Assembly: GCA_015655375.1 (NCBI GenBank) | Contig: JAATFD010000041.1 | Span: forward strand, 8,612-72,611 | Reading direction: 5' to 3' | Length of the DNA stretch: 64,000 nucleotides | From: Actinomycetales bacterium | GTDB lineage: Bacteria > Actinomycetota > Actinomycetes > Actinomycetales > Actinomycetaceae | Shown: one piece after another, positions 19,139 through 29,815 of the stretch | Numbering within the stretch: the stretch's first letter is position 1 | Layout of the letters: each line of letters starts with the position of its first letter | Made by a program: the position numbers and the translations under genes | Notes under the pieces: generated by a model | What the model was told of the DNA's origin: nothing | Database searches by the model: none | What the model saw: the letters and a program-made list of their open reading frames with translations, nothing else

Positions 19139-19890
19139 GGATCGTGCTCGCCTCGCAGTCACCGGCACGACGCGCCACGTTGGTGTCCGCCGGGATCACA
19201 CCGATCGTCTTCGTCTCTCACGTGGACGAGGATGCTGTACTCGCCGCACTTCCCGGAGGACGTGCTTTCAGCGGTGGCGCGACCACGCCCGCCGATGAGG
19301 TCGGGTCATTGGCCCGCGCCAAGTGCGAGGCTGTCGCACGCGAGATTGCCGCGGGGTCCGTCGAGATCCCGAAGAACCTCGGACCCGACGCCGCGGGAAC
19401 ACCGGGCATCGACCGGCTCGTCGTCCTTGGCTGCGACTCGATGCTCGAACTCGATGGGCGCATGCTCGGCAAGCCGCACTCCCCTGAGGTCGCCCGCCAA
19501 CGAATCCGCGACATGCGTGGGCACGACGCCACTCTGTGGACCGGTCACCACGTCGTGGTGCTTGAGCACCAGCCCCAAATCGGTGACGGCCTCGAGACAC
19601 CCGCGTCCTGGTCCGCGGTCGCGTCGCTCGGAGCCGCAGGATCGACACTGGTCCGCTTCGGCCAGATCTCCGGGGCAGAGATCGACGCGTATGTCGATTC
19701 GGGTGAGCCGCTGGAGGTCGCCGGGTCCTTCACGGTGGACGGCCTCGGAGGCCCGTTCGTCACCGGAATCGACGGCGACTATCACTCGGTCGTCGGCCTG
19801 TCGCTTCCGTTGCTGCGCCAGATGCTGACCGGGCTCGGGCTCTTCTGGCCCGACCTCTGGGACCGCCGTCGCGAGGAACGTCCTCTCTGA
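19135..19890 (+). CDS. maf: Maf-like nucleoside-triphosphate pyrophosphatase
   Basis: The GTG start overlaps the DUF885 stop (GTGA). [15 protein letters not shown]...[10 protein letters not shown]...GKP...[11 protein letters not shown]. Confidence 0.85.
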   Translation: MRIVLASQSPARRATLVSAGITPIVFVSHVDEDAVLAALPGGRAFSGGATTPADEVGSLARAKCEAVAREIAAGSVEIPKNLGPDAAGTPGIDRLVVLGCDSMLELDGRMLGKPHSPEVARQRIRDMRGHDATLWTGHHVVVLEHQPQIGDGLETPASWSAVASLGAAGSTLVRFGQISGAEIDAYVDSGEPLEVAGSFTVDGLGGPFVTGIDGDYHSVVGLSLPLLRQMLTGLGLFWPDLWDRRREERPL

Positions 19891-19967
19891 CCGTCGAGGC
19901 ACACGCCCGTGCTCCGCAGATCGGACCTCCCAGTGCCGATCCGGCCCTCGACTCCTACAGTGGTGCC

Positions 19968-20951
19968 ATGGATCAGACGACAGCATGGGGCATCGGCCTC
20001 GCGACGGTGACGACGAGCGGACAGACCCTGGATGTGTGGTACCCGCGACCCCATCTTGGAGAACGAACCGAGGGTGCTGACGCCGACCTCCTCACGACGC
20101 TCACCCAACTCGAACGCCAGGATCATTCCCGCGTCATTCACACCCAGGTTGTCACGTGCCAGGCCGACCTCGAGGATCAGCCGCAGTCGACTGCGGACGC
20201 CTATCTGCGACTCCACTTGCTTTCGCACCGTCTGGTCCTGCCCAACACGATCAACCTCGACGGGATCTTCTCGCGCCTGCCCAACGTCGTGTGGACCTCA
20301 GTCGGACCGTGCGCGGTCGAGGATTTCGAGGAGACCCGCATGCGGTTGCGCCTTCACCATGGCCACCCCGTCACCGTCATCGGCGTCGACAAGTTCCCGC
20401 CCTTGGTGAACTACGTGATTCCCTCCGGTGTCCGCATCGCCGACGGCGCGAAGGTTCGCCTGGGCGCTTATCTCTCCGAGGGCACGACCGTCATGCATGC
20501 CGCCTTCGTCAACTTCAACGCTGGCACTCTCGGCACCTCGATGGTCGAGGGACGGATCTCGCAGGGCGTCGTCGTCGGCAATGGATCGGACGTGGGCGGC
20601 GGTGCCTCAACGATGGGCCGGCTCTCCGGTGGCGGACGCGAACGCGTCCGTCTGGGCGAGCGGTGCTTGTTGGGCGCGAACTCCGGACTCGGCATCGCTC
20701 TGGGTAATGACTGCGTCGTCGAGGCCGGCCTCTACCTGACGGCCGGCACAAAGGTGTCGATCCTGCCCGGAGGCGGAGTCGTGCCCGGTACCAACGGGCT
20801 GTTCGCCGAGCCTCGGACCGTCTCCGCCCGCGAATTGTCGGGTGCCTCGAACGTCTTGTTCCGCCGCAACTCCGTGTCCGGTCGAGTCGAGGCCCTGCCC
20901 CGTGGCGGCCACGGCATCGAGCTCAACTCGGAACTCCACGCGACAAACTGA
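19968..20951 (+). CDS. dapD: 2,3,4,5-tetrahydropyridine-2,6-dicarboxylate N-succinyltransferase (actinobacterial long form)
   Basis: 327 aa with hexapeptide repeats in the C-terminal half ([52 protein letters not shown]). Its neighbourhood with dapC/fdxA supports the call. Confidence 0.85.
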   Translation: MDQTTAWGIGLATVTTSGQTLDVWYPRPHLGERTEGADADLLTTLTQLERQDHSRVIHTQVVTCQADLEDQPQSTADAYLRLHLLSHRLVLPNTINLDGIFSRLPNVVWTSVGPCAVEDFEETRMRLRLHHGHPVTVIGVDKFPPLVNYVIPSGVRIADGAKVRLGAYLSEGTTVMHAAFVNFNAGTLGTSMVEGRISQGVVVGNGSDVGGGASTMGRLSGGGRERVRLGERCLLGANSGLGIALGNDCVVEAGLYLTAGTKVSILPGGGVVPGTNGLFAEPRTVSARELSGASNVLFRRNSVSGRVEALPRGGHGIELNSELHATN

Positions 20952-20968
20952 GGGCGAGGGCGACGCCC

Positions 20969-20997
20969 CGTCTCGGCACGAGATCGGGGCCGAGACG
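20969..20997. terminator. Hairpin between convergent dapD and gltA (9-bp stem cgtctcggc/gccgagacg, 11-nt loop)
   Basis: The inverted repeat was read directly. A second nested inverted repeat follows at about 21012-21072. There is no strong T-tract. Confidence 0.45.
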
Positions 20998-21095
20998 TCC
21001 AACACGGACACAGTGAGGCGAGTTCACCGAGGCGAGGCAGAATATCGGCGTGCCTCGGCGGATTCGCCTCACCTCGGCGAAGTCCACGGCCCGCT

Positions 21096-22460
21096 TCAGC
21101 CCCGCGCGGGCCGAGCGCTGCGCTGGCGCAGCGACACGTAGTCGCGCTCGACCTCGCCGATGTAGACCTGACGAGGTCGCCCGATCTTCGTCGCCGGGTC
21201 CTCGGTCATCTCCTTGTACTGCGCGATCCAGCCGGGCAAGCGACCGAGTGCGAACAACGGCGTGAACATCTTCGGCGGAAAGCCCATCGCCGAATAGATC
21301 AGACCCGTGTAGAAATCGACGTTCGGGTAGAGCTTGCGCTCCTTGAAGTAATCATCGGCGAGGGCGATCCCCTCCAGCTCCATCGCGATCTCCAACAGAT
21401 CGTCGCGCCGACCCAGCCGATCAAGGACGTCATGGGCCGTCTCTCTGACGATGGCAGCCCGAGGGTCGTAGTTCTTGTAGACCCGGTGTCCGAAGCCCAT
21501 CAGGCGTGCCCCGGATTCCTTGTTCTTAACCTGGTCAACAAAGGACTGGACCGAGTCTCCGGAGTCACGAATCTGGTTGAGCATGCGTAGAACGGCCTCG
21601 TTGGCCCCGCCATGGAGCGGGCCTGCGAGCGCGCCGATGCCTGCTGCTACCGACGCGTACATGTTCGCTTGGGACGATCCGACCAACCGGACCGTCGAGG
21701 TCGAACAATTCTGCTCATGGTCGGCGTGAAGGATCAGCAGCATGTCGAGGGCATGGACCAGCGACGGATCGATGTCGTAGGACTGGTAGGGCATGCCGAA
21801 GGTCATCCGGATGAAGTCCTCGGTGTATCCGCGCTGCGAGTCCGGGTAGAGCAGCGGCAGGCCCGCGGCGCGCTTGGCGATGTAGCTGATCATCGTCGGC
21901 AGCTTCGCGATCAGCAGGATGAGAGCGTCATCGACTTGTTGAGGATCGCGAGGATCGAGCGTGTCCTCATAGTACGTGGCCATGCCGGCCACCCCGGCCT
22001 GGAGGATCGCCATGGGGTGACCGTCGTGCGGGAACGCTGTGAAGAACGCCTTGAAGTCCTCGTGGAGCAGACGGTGACGTTGGATCTGACGTGTGAAGTG
22101 TCCCAGATCCGAGGCCGACGGCAGATCCCCATAGATCAGCAGGTAAGCGACCTCGACGAAGCTCGAATGCTTGGCAAGCTGGTCAATCGGATATCCTCGA
22201 TAGCGCAGGATGCCCGCGTCGCCGTCGATGTAGGTGATTGCGGACTCGCAGGACGCCGTGTTCGTGAATCCAGGGTCTAGCGCGACCACGTTGGCATCAG
22301 CCAGGATCCGGCCGATCCGCACGCCGTCCGTCCCCACGCTGGCCGACACGCGCGGAAGATCGACGCGGGTCTCGCCAACCGTCAGCAGTCCATCGGCGGG
22401 AGTGTTGTCCACCGGTGCCGTATCGCTGACGGCGTCACCTGTGGGAATGGTGCTGCTCAT
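21096..22460 (-). CDS. gltA: Citrate synthase (type II, hexameric class)
   Basis: 454 aa, ...ILHADHEQNCSTSTVRLVGSS...GPLHGGANEAVL...GFGHRVYKNYDPRA... These are canonical citrate synthase motifs. Confidence 0.93.
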   Translation of the reverse strand: MSSTIPTGDAVSDTAPVDNTPADGLLTVGETRVDLPRVSASVGTDGVRIGRILADANVVALDPGFTNTASCESAITYIDGDAGILRYRGYPIDQLAKHSSFVEVAYLLIYGDLPSASDLGHFTRQIQRHRLLHEDFKAFFTAFPHDGHPMAILQAGVAGMATYYEDTLDPRDPQQVDDALILLIAKLPTMISYIAKRAAGLPLLYPDSQRGYTEDFIRMTFGMPYQSYDIDPSLVHALDMLLILHADHEQNCSTSTVRLVGSSQANMYASVAAGIGALAGPLHGGANEAVLRMLNQIRDSGDSVQSFVDQVKNKESGARLMGFGHRVYKNYDPRAAIVRETAHDVLDRLGRRDDLLEIAMELEGIALADDYFKERKLYPNVDFYTGLIYSAMGFPPKMFTPLFALGRLPGWIAQYKEMTEDPATKIGRPRQVYIGEVERDYVSLRQRSARPARG

Positions 22461-22579
22461 CTGGGTCGTCCTCCTCGAAACATCTGCTTGCGGAACGTCT
22501 GTCTGCCGGCGTCGCCGGGCTCTTCCACGTCGAAGACGGGACTTGAGGCCTAACTGTAGTGCCGGTCACTCTGGCCTGC

Positions 22580-23761
22580 TCATATTGGAGTTGGATCCGC
22601 CGCCAAGCGATCCGCGGCCGCCGCGATCCGTTCGTCCGTCGCCGTCAGCGCCACCCGCACGCGATCCGATCCGGCCGATCCATAGAAGGTTCCGGGCGCG
22701 ACGAGGATGCCCAACTGTGCGAACCGATCGACGAGGCCCCACGCGTCGAGAGCTCCAGAGGGATCGCGGACCCACAGATACAGGCCGGCGACCGACTCGG
22801 GATCGTTCTCCAGCCCTGCGGCCTCGACACCTGCAAGCAGACGCACCCGCCGATCGGCATAGATGGCACGTTGGAGGGCCACATGCTCGGTGTCGTGCAA
22901 CGCCACGGCCATCGCGTGCTGGATGGGAGCGGGAACCATCATTCCCGAATGCTTGCGCACCTGGACGGCCGCATTCACGAGGGCAGGGTCCCCCATCAGC
23001 AGGGCTGCGCGATAGCCCGCCATGTTCGACTGCTTCGACAGAGAGTAGAGGACCAACAGCCGGCTCGGGTCGCCCTCGCACACCTCGCGGTCGAGGAGGC
23101 TGGGCACACCGGACGCCGCCAGCTCCGGGTCCCAGGCCAACGCGGCGTAGCACTCGTCGGAGGCCACGACCGCGTCGTGGGCGCGCGCCCAGACGACGAC
23201 CGCACGCAACTGCTCGCGGGTGAGGACATGGCCGTCCGGATTGCCCGGCGAATTGAGCCACACCATGCGAGCGTCGGGCCACGTCTCGGGTCGGGTCGGG
23301 TCGACCGGGCACGGGATGGCACCCGCCAACCTGGCTCCGATGTCGTACGTCGGATAGGCGGCCTCCGGGAACAGGATCGTGTCGTCCGAGGACGACCCGA
23401 GCAGCATTGGCAGCCAAGCGACGGCTTCCTTCGAGCCGATCGTCGGGATCACACCGGACAAACCGACATCGACCATGTTCCGACGTGCACCCCAGGCGAG
23501 GATCGCCTCGCGGACCTCGGTCGTGCCGATGACTGTCGGGTATCCGGGAGCATCCGAGGCCAGGGAAAGGGCCTGCCGAACGAAGTCAGGGGTCGGATCG
23601 ACCGGAGTACCGACGGAAAGGTCGCAGATTCCACCAGGATGGGACTCGGCTAGCATCCGCGCCGGGGCGAGCGCATCCCATGGGAAATCGGGAAGGCCGA
23701 GGCTCACCGGGAGGACCAGTTCATCCGGCGTCAATCCGCCCGTCGGTTGATGGTCCCCCAT
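22580..23761 (-). CDS. dapC: Succinyldiaminopimelate aminotransferase (class I PLP aminotransferase)
   Basis: The ATG at 23761 is preceded by GGAGGAGG; the track start at 23797 is a GTG further upstream. The aminotransferase class I pattern is present (NSPGNPDG...YSLSKQSNMAGYR). The position next to fdxA is typical for actinobacteria. Confidence 0.8.
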   Translation of the reverse strand: MGDHQPTGGLTPDELVLPVSLGLPDFPWDALAPARMLAESHPGGICDLSVGTPVDPTPDFVRQALSLASDAPGYPTVIGTTEVREAILAWGARRNMVDVGLSGVIPTIGSKEAVAWLPMLLGSSSDDTILFPEAAYPTYDIGARLAGAIPCPVDPTRPETWPDARMVWLNSPGNPDGHVLTREQLRAVVVWARAHDAVVASDECYAALAWDPELAASGVPSLLDREVCEGDPSRLLVLYSLSKQSNMAGYRAALLMGDPALVNAAVQVRKHSGMMVPAPIQHAMAVALHDTEHVALQRAIYADRRVRLLAGVEAAGLENDPESVAGLYLWVRDPSGALDAWGLVDRFAQLGILVAPGTFYGSAGSDRVRVALTATDERIAAAADRLAADPTPI

Positions 23762-23983
23762 ACGTCCTCCTCCGTGAATGACGGGTGCACCGGGCACTCG
23801 TCGTGTCGGTTCAGCGTACGGCGCGAAAGCAGACGAGACACCGATCGGACCGAATGGCGTCCACAGGTCTCACGCTCGTCGGGCAGTGGACACGTCCTAC
23901 CGATGCGACATCACAGAATGACGATGTCCGTCGTGCCTCCCACGTCGCGACGTCCCCGAAATGTCGAGATCCAGCAGGCTGCC

Positions 23984-24322
23984 TCAGTGGGACCGGAGGT
24001 AGTCCTCGTTCTGCGGAGGAAGAGCCGCAATCACCTCGTCGTCGAAGTCCTGCACACCAGCACGCTGAGCACCGCCGGGTGAGCCAAGGTTCGCGAAGAA
24101 GTCGGTGTTCGCGCGGAAGTAGTCGGCCCATTCGACAGGTAGATCGTCCTCGTAGAAGATCGCCTCGGTCGGGCACACCGGTTCGCATGCGCCGCAGTCC
24201 ACGCATTCCTCGGGATGGATGTAAAGCGTGCGTGCGCCCTCGTAGATGCAGTCGACGGGGCATTCATCCACACACGCGCGATCCTTGACGTCCACACAGG
24301 GCTGCGCGATGACGTAGGTCAT
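23984..24322 (-). CDS. fdxA: 7Fe ([3Fe-4S][4Fe-4S]) ferredoxin
   Basis: MTYVIAQPCVDVKDRACVDECPVDCIYEG...CVDCGACEPVCPTEAI. A GGAGG RBS is present. Confidence 0.93.
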   Translation of the reverse strand: MTYVIAQPCVDVKDRACVDECPVDCIYEGARTLYIHPEECVDCGACEPVCPTEAIFYEDDLPVEWADYFRANTDFFANLGSPGGAQRAGVQDFDDEVIAALPPQNEDYLRSH

Positions 24323-24445
24323 GCATTCCTCCTCAAGTCTGTGCGCACCCGCCCGGCTCTTCTGCCCGGCCTCTCACCATCCGTCTCGGACGGGGGCCGC
24401 AGGACCTCGCGCGGGTGGCGCGAACCGGGCTCTATTATCGCTCAC

Positions 24446-24724
24446 ATGGATGGACACGCCGATTCGGAGCACCTCGGAATTCCCGAGGTCGGGGTCGGCC
24501 GCGCACCACGGACGTCGTGCAGTCCCCCGCTTCCGTGGCTGGCTTGGAAACCCGGAATCCGCGTTGTCGTGCGCTATCGGCTCGCCGACGGGCTGCATGA
24601 CGCGCTCGGCGAGGTGCTCGAGGTCGCCGCCGATCACGTGACAGTTCACACACGGCGCGGCGAGGTTCGCGTCGAGGCGACAACCATGGTGACCGGCAAG
24701 ACGGTGCCACCGCCCGCGTGGTGA
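24446..24724 (+). pseudogene. 92-aa ORF resembling only the N-terminal beta-rich domain of the fdxA-linked actinobacterial GNAT acetyltransferases; the acetyltransferase domain is missing (probable truncated gene)
   Basis: PGIRVVVRYRLADGLHDALGEVLEVAADHVTVHTRRGEVRVEATTMVTGKTVPPP matches the pattern I recall for the N-termini of those roughly 300-aa proteins. The ORF stops at 24724, exactly where base composition changes. Confidence 0.4.
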
Positions 24725-24962
24725 GGCATCAGGGCCGACAGACGTGGGCACGACCTTGCCGCTGGCGCAATAATGGACGCCGATCTTCTGGGCTCGCGCT
24801 CGCAGGACTGGCACAATTGTGGGGTGCTCACTGAATTCCTGCCAATCAGTGACGATCCATTGAGGACGCATTGAGCACCTGTCGACCAGATATCCCAAAG
24901 TGTTCAGGATCTTCGATTCCGACCGGGATGAATGAGGCGGATCACGATCGGAGACGATCGAA

Positions 24963-25832
24963 TCAGTGGCCAGCGTCCTCTTCTGCCAGATCGGTAACGG
25001 CGGTGTGCGAATCACGGACATCGAACGGATCTGACGTCTCTGAACTCTGGACGATGCCGTCGACCGTCAGAGTCTCGCCGGTGAACGGATTCGTGGTCGT
25101 CGCCGACCATGTCGTCGTCAACGAGATCGCGCGCGAGGGCGCCACCGTCTCATAGATGTGCTGGTTAGCCGTATTCGGGTACGGGGCACCGGGGTCTGTG
25201 GTGGTCTCCGGCGAGCTCCCGTCGCCAAAATCAAAGGAATATCGGTCGGCGACCAGATGGATGCGCACCGAGCGGCCAAGGACTGTCGTCCTCAGAGTCT
25301 GCTGAGTTGTGCCGACCGACACGATCGTCGGGATTCCGACATACGAGGCACCTGCCGGCTGGACCAGAAGGCCCGCGGGTGCGACGCGGACCGAAGCCAA
25401 TCCCCGATACAGGATCGACAAAGTGGAGGGTGGGACGAACTGCTGAGCGGGAGTGGCCGGGTCGGCATCGCTGTCCGAAGGAGGACCAGTGACTGTCACG
25501 CAGAACTCGATGGGCGTCGCCAGCTCATTCAACCCACTTGCGAAACAGTCATCGGGAATCTCCTCAGGCTTCGCAGCCAGACCCGAAGTGGTCAGAGAGA
25601 CAGTCGGACCCGAGCCAGAGGAAGAGCCCCACGACGAAGTGGAATTGTCTGACTTGTACCCATGCGACGACGAAATCTCCACTGTGATCGATTGATCTTG
25701 GGAATCAGATGAAGCCCAGTAAGAGTCACCGCCAGACGGATCCTCACTCGCATTCGAGGGTACAATCTGCACGAATGTTAAGAGGCCAGTTGATAGAACT
25801 AATCCAATGGCAAGATCAAGCGCCTTCATCAT
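24963..25832 (-). CDS. Secreted protein with a PKD-like C-terminal domain
   Basis: ATG pair at 25832/25829 with a GGAAGTGA RBS. Signal-like N-terminus: MMKALDLAIGLVLSTGLLTFVQI. A Ser-rich linker follows, and a PKD-type motif (SFDFGDGSSPETTTDPGAPYPNTANQHIY). Confidence 0.6.
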   Translation of the reverse strand: MMKALDLAIGLVLSTGLLTFVQIVPSNASEDPSGGDSYWASSDSQDQSITVEISSSHGYKSDNSTSSWGSSSGSGPTVSLTTSGLAAKPEEIPDDCFASGLNELATPIEFCVTVTGPPSDSDADPATPAQQFVPPSTLSILYRGLASVRVAPAGLLVQPAGASYVGIPTIVSVGTTQQTLRTTVLGRSVRIHLVADRYSFDFGDGSSPETTTDPGAPYPNTANQHIYETVAPSRAISLTTTWSATTTNPFTGETLTVDGIVQSSETSDPFDVRDSHTAVTDLAEEDAGH

Positions 25833-26463
25833 TATCACTTCCAAGACCACCAAACACTATCCAGTCAGTATCTAACCAACATTCATGGAGCTCCACACGC
25901 TCCAGCTGCATCGTGAGCCTTTTCAGCTCAACGCCGTCATAGTTATCATGATCAGATGTCTTAACATTTACAACGACTGCATATTTGCCATCTTCGTTAG
26001 GAAACAAAATTGGACTTTCTACGCTCGAAATATCATAGCGAAGTCCCAATACCCACCCGCCCGACAAATACTTTTCTTCAATTGTATTGATAATCCCACT
26101 ACACCACTCACAGTCGTGATTTGAAATCTCTCTGAGAGTATCCGTATCCCCCGTATTCCACGCGTACTCCGTCATTTCGACGAAGTATCGGGCGAATGCT
26201 TCTGCGCCCTCGGGCGTATCGCTTGACATCACGGTCGGAGGACTCGGCTTCACCGGAACGGGCGCATCAGAAGGCTTGAGGAGCTTTCCGTCCGCCCCGA
26301 CCTCGTATCCGCCGGACATCTCCACGGCCGCCGCCGTGGTCGATCCTGCCGAAAGACTCGGTTCGCCTGATTCGCTCGACCCGCTCGCGCATGCGGCTGC
26401 CGACACAACACAGCCACTGAGCAGAACAGCAAGGATCCACGGACGTCGTTGAAACCGAGTCAT
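25816..26463 (-). CDS. Lipoprotein, DUF6318-like
   Basis: Lipobox: MTRFQRRPWILAVLLSGC. Then PEGAEAFARYFVEMTEYAWNTGDTDTLREISNHDCEWCSGIINTIEE, which resembles the actinobacterial DUF6318 lipoprotein signature (paired Cys after a helical segment). Confidence 0.65.
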   Translation of the reverse strand: MTRFQRRPWILAVLLSGCVVSAAACASGSSESGEPSLSAGSTTAAAVEMSGGYEVGADGKLLKPSDAPVPVKPSPPTVMSSDTPEGAEAFARYFVEMTEYAWNTGDTDTLREISNHDCEWCSGIINTIEEKYLSGGWVLGLRYDISSVESPILFPNEDGKYAVVVNVKTSDHDNYDGVELKRLTMQLERVELHECWLDTDWIVFGGLGSDNDEGA

Positions 26464-26612
26464 GGATCATAGGTTAGCCAGAAAACTCCACCGAATACCA
26501 GGGGCCTTCAGCCATCTGTGGACAACTGCCACCGCGCCGCACGGGCGACTCCCACGAGGAACCACGACGCCGCACCACAGACCACGCACCGCATCTCGCG
26601 GACACAGAAGAA

Positions 26613-26645
26613 CCCCGGCGGAGCGCCGAAACGCCACCGCCGGGG
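26613..26645 (-). terminator. Hairpin downstream of typA (9-bp stem ccccggcgg/ccgccgggg)
   Basis: The inverted repeat was read directly, 45 nt beyond the typA stop on the reverse strand. Confidence 0.45.
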
Positions 26646-26689
26646 TCAAGCGCCTTGGTCCCAGTCCGAGACTCACACGCCCCCGCGCG

Positions 26690-28612
26690 TCACTTCATCT
26701 GCTGGCGACGCTCCCGGGCAGCGACCTTGAAACGCTCCTGGGAATCGAGGATCACTTTGCGCACACGCACGGCCTCGGGCGTCACCTCGACACACTCGTC
26801 GTTAGCGGCGAACTCCAGGGATTCTTCCAATGTCAGCTTGCGCGACGGGGTCAGCGACTCGAACACGTCGGCCGTGGACGACCGGGTGTTCGTCTGCTTC
26901 TTCTCACGCGTGATGTTGACGTCCATGTCCTCGCCACGGGGGTTCTCTCCCACGACTTGGCCCTCGTAGACCTCGGAAGCAGGCTCAATGATGAACGACC
27001 CACGCTCCTGCAGGTTCGTCATCGCATACGGCGTGGCCTGCCCGGCGCGGTCGGAGACCAGCGACCCGGTTAGGCGCTGCTCGATCGTGCCCTGCCATGG
27101 CTCGTACCCGGCACCGATCGACGCGGCGATGCCCGTCCCTCGCGTCTCGGTGAGGAAGCGAGTGCGGAACCCGATCAGTCCACGGGCCGGGACGATGAAC
27201 TCCAGGCGGATCCAGCCGGTGCCGTGGTTGGCCATCGACTCCATGCGTCCCTTGCGCTGCGCCATCAGCTGCGTGACTGCCCCGAGATGCTCCTCCGGGA
27301 TGTCGATCGTCATGCGTTCCATCGGCTCGTTCAGCTTGCCGTCGATCTCCTTGGTGACAACCTGCGGCTTACCGACTGTCAGCTCGAAGCCCTCACGGCG
27401 CATCTGCTCGACGAGGATCGCCAGAGCGAGCTCGCCGCGGCCCTGAACCTCCCACGCATCGGGGCGGTCGGTCGGCAACACCTTGATCGACACGTTGCCG
27501 ATCAACTCGCGGTCCAGACGATCCTTGACCTGACGCGCGGTGACCTTGGCGCCCTTGACACGTCCGGCCATCGGCGACGAGTTCGTCCCGATCGTCAGCG
27601 AGATCGCTGGATCGTCCACCTTGATCAGCGGCAACGGGCGTGGATCCTCGAGGTCGACCAGGGACTCGCCGATCGTGATGTCCTCGATACCGGCGACAGC
27701 AACAATGTCGCCGGGATCTGCGTGATCGGTCGGCACGCGGTCCAAACCGTCAGTACGCAGCAGCTCCGTGATGTGCACCGGCTTGATCGACCCGTCGTGA
27801 CGGGCCAGGCCAACTGTCTCTCCCTTGTGCAGCGTGCCGTTGTGGACACGCAGCAGCGCAAGGCGTCCGAGGAACGGCGAAGCGTCGAGGTTCGTGACGT
27901 GAGCCTGCAGCGGCGCACCCTCCTCGTAGCTCGGGCCGGGGATGCGGTGAAGTATCGTCTCGAAGAGGGGTTCGAGATCCTCGGTCGGCAGGTTGCCGTC
28001 ACCGGGGTTCGTCAGCGAGGAAACACCAGCCTTCGCGGAGGCGTAGACGACGGGCACATCCAGCAGCGAATCGACATCGGCATCGACGCCCTCGTTGATG
28101 AGGTCCTCGGCCAGGGAGAGCAACAGGTCCGTCGTCTCGGAGACAACGGCCTCGATCCGTGAGTCCGGACGGTCGACCTTGTTGATGACGACGACGACCG
28201 GAAGCTTGGCCTCCAAGGCCTTGCGCAGGACGAATCGGGTCTGGGGCAGCGGACCCTCGGAGGCATCGACCAGCAGGACGACGCCATCGACCATGGAGAG
28301 GCCCCGCTCGACCTCGCCGCCGAAGTCGGCGTGACCGGGGGTGTCGACGACGTTGATGATGACGCCGCCCTCCAGTCCAAGCTTCTGGGCAGCCGGGCCG
28401 CGGTAGTGGACTGCGGTGTTCTTCGCGAGGATCGTGATGCCCTTCTCGCGCTCGAGGTCGCCCGAGTCCATGATGCGCTCGCCGGTTTTCTCCACCGTGT
28501 CGCGGTCGGAGAAGACTCCCGACTGCCACAGCATGGCGTCGACCAGGGTCGTCTTGCCGTGATCGACATGAGCGACGATGGCAACATTGCGCAGATCAGG
28601 GCGCACCGACAT
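26690..28612 (-). CDS. typA: Translational GTPase TypA/BipA
   Basis: The ATG at 28612 has a [37 protein letters not shown]...[14 protein letters not shown]...INKVDR. About 640 aa, as expected for BipA. Confidence 0.93.
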   Translation of the reverse strand: MSVRPDLRNVAIVAHVDHGKTTLVDAMLWQSGVFSDRDTVEKTGERIMDSGDLEREKGITILAKNTAVHYRGPAAQKLGLEGGVIINVVDTPGHADFGGEVERGLSMVDGVVLLVDASEGPLPQTRFVLRKALEAKLPVVVVINKVDRPDSRIEAVVSETTDLLLSLAEDLINEGVDADVDSLLDVPVVYASAKAGVSSLTNPGDGNLPTEDLEPLFETILHRIPGPSYEEGAPLQAHVTNLDASPFLGRLALLRVHNGTLHKGETVGLARHDGSIKPVHITELLRTDGLDRVPTDHADPGDIVAVAGIEDITIGESLVDLEDPRPLPLIKVDDPAISLTIGTNSSPMAGRVKGAKVTARQVKDRLDRELIGNVSIKVLPTDRPDAWEVQGRGELALAILVEQMRREGFELTVGKPQVVTKEIDGKLNEPMERMTIDIPEEHLGAVTQLMAQRKGRMESMANHGTGWIRLEFIVPARGLIGFRTRFLTETRGTGIAASIGAGYEPWQGTIEQRLTGSLVSDRAGQATPYAMTNLQERGSFIIEPASEVYEGQVVGENPRGEDMDVNITREKKQTNTRSSTADVFESLTPSRKLTLEESLEFAANDECVEVTPEAVRVRKVILDSQERFKVAARERRQQMK

Positions 28613-28810
28613 GTAGGACTCCTCGGATTGAACGGGCCACGTGGGCCACCACGCGCCAGGGATGCGGCTCGCAGCTGAAGGACACCAGCGAATCCGGGCA
28701 GACGGATGCCGTTGTGACCGACCTTTCAAGATTATCCGCTTGACCCCATCGGCTCACAGTCGAGGTCGTGCGACATGTGACACGTCGGGGCGCCGCTAGA
28801 CTCGTTCCCA

Positions 28811-29470
28811 ATGACTCACACCATCACGATCCGCTCAAAATGGGCGTTGATCGGGACCGGCGTCATCGCCGCGCTCGCCGTCATCCTCGAAGCCCTCATG
28901 TTCATCCAAGAGGGCGGACATTCCGCACTCATCAGCCTGCCGTTCCCCCTGGGAGTGGTCCTGCTCTGCGCATGGTTGTGGGCCTGGCCGAGCCTGACGC
29001 TCGCGCCCGGCGGGGTCTTCGTGCGCAATCACTTCCGCGACATCTCGATCCCCTGGGATCAGATCACCGACACCCGTACCCGTTATGGGCTGCGCATCGT
29101 CACCGGTGATCGCGAGTTTGTGTGCGCAGCTCCCCCGGAGCGCGGAGGTTTCGCCGCGAACCGGAAGAACGCTGTGCCTGCCGCCCCGATCATCGATGAC
29201 ACGAGGACGGTCCACCACCGGGTGCAAACAGTGCCGGCCATCGCGGCCCGCTTGGTCCTCGAGCAGCGCGACCTGGCGCTGCACCCCGAGCATGCGCCAC
29301 GCGTCTCCTCGCGCGACCGCGGCCAGATCCAGAAGAATCTGGCGGAGTCCCCCATACCTGCGAAGTGGGACGCCAGCTTTCCCGCCGAGACGACGGTGCG
29401 GTGGCAGCCGTGGCCCGCGCTGGCTGTCGCCATCTGCGTGGCAGCGCTCGCAGCGGAGATGGTGGTCTAG
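28811..29470 (+). CDS. Membrane protein with a bacterial PH-like domain
   Basis: 219 aa. Two N-terminal TM helices are followed by ...GVFVRNHFRDISIPWDQITDTRTRYGLRIVTGDREF, which is a bPH-type pattern, and a C-terminal TM helix. Confidence 0.55.
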   Translation: MTHTITIRSKWALIGTGVIAALAVILEALMFIQEGGHSALISLPFPLGVVLLCAWLWAWPSLTLAPGGVFVRNHFRDISIPWDQITDTRTRYGLRIVTGDREFVCAAPPERGGFAANRKNAVPAAPIIDDTRTVHHRVQTVPAIAARLVLEQRDLALHPEHAPRVSSRDRGQIQKNLAESPIPAKWDASFPAETTVRWQPWPALAVAICVAALAAEMVV

Positions 29471-29815
29471 TCAGCCAGGCCCTGGATCGGCGGAATCAGG
29501 AGCTTCTCCTCCTGTTCTACGGCATATGACCGGTGTCATAATCCAGATGAGACACAAGATGACCTACCGAGAGCAAACCGAAGGGTCACCATTGGTCGAA
29601 GGCCGTCCCAGAGTCGTCACGAAGGCGATTACTGCCCATCGTCTGGGACTGCGCTGCAATCGAAATTCTCCGTACACAAGCACGGCGCAACTCGAGGTCA
29701 CGGGCAACCTGTAACTGAGGAAGCTACGACCGCCCAGGAATGCCCATGCACTCCGATCAGGAGTACCTCCCAGTCGTCGGCGCCACCGTGGCCGGTCTCC
29801 CCAAGGAACAAGAAA

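Noticed and set aside
24725-24962. Part of reverse-strand ORF 24374..25021 (…MRPQWIVTDWQEFSEHPTIVPVLRARAQKIGVHYCASGKVV…), considered as a gene or transposase fragment.
   Set aside because: No family could be recognised and there is no RBS. The ORF's lower part overlaps the better-supported + strand ORF. It may be a relic, but that cannot be supported.
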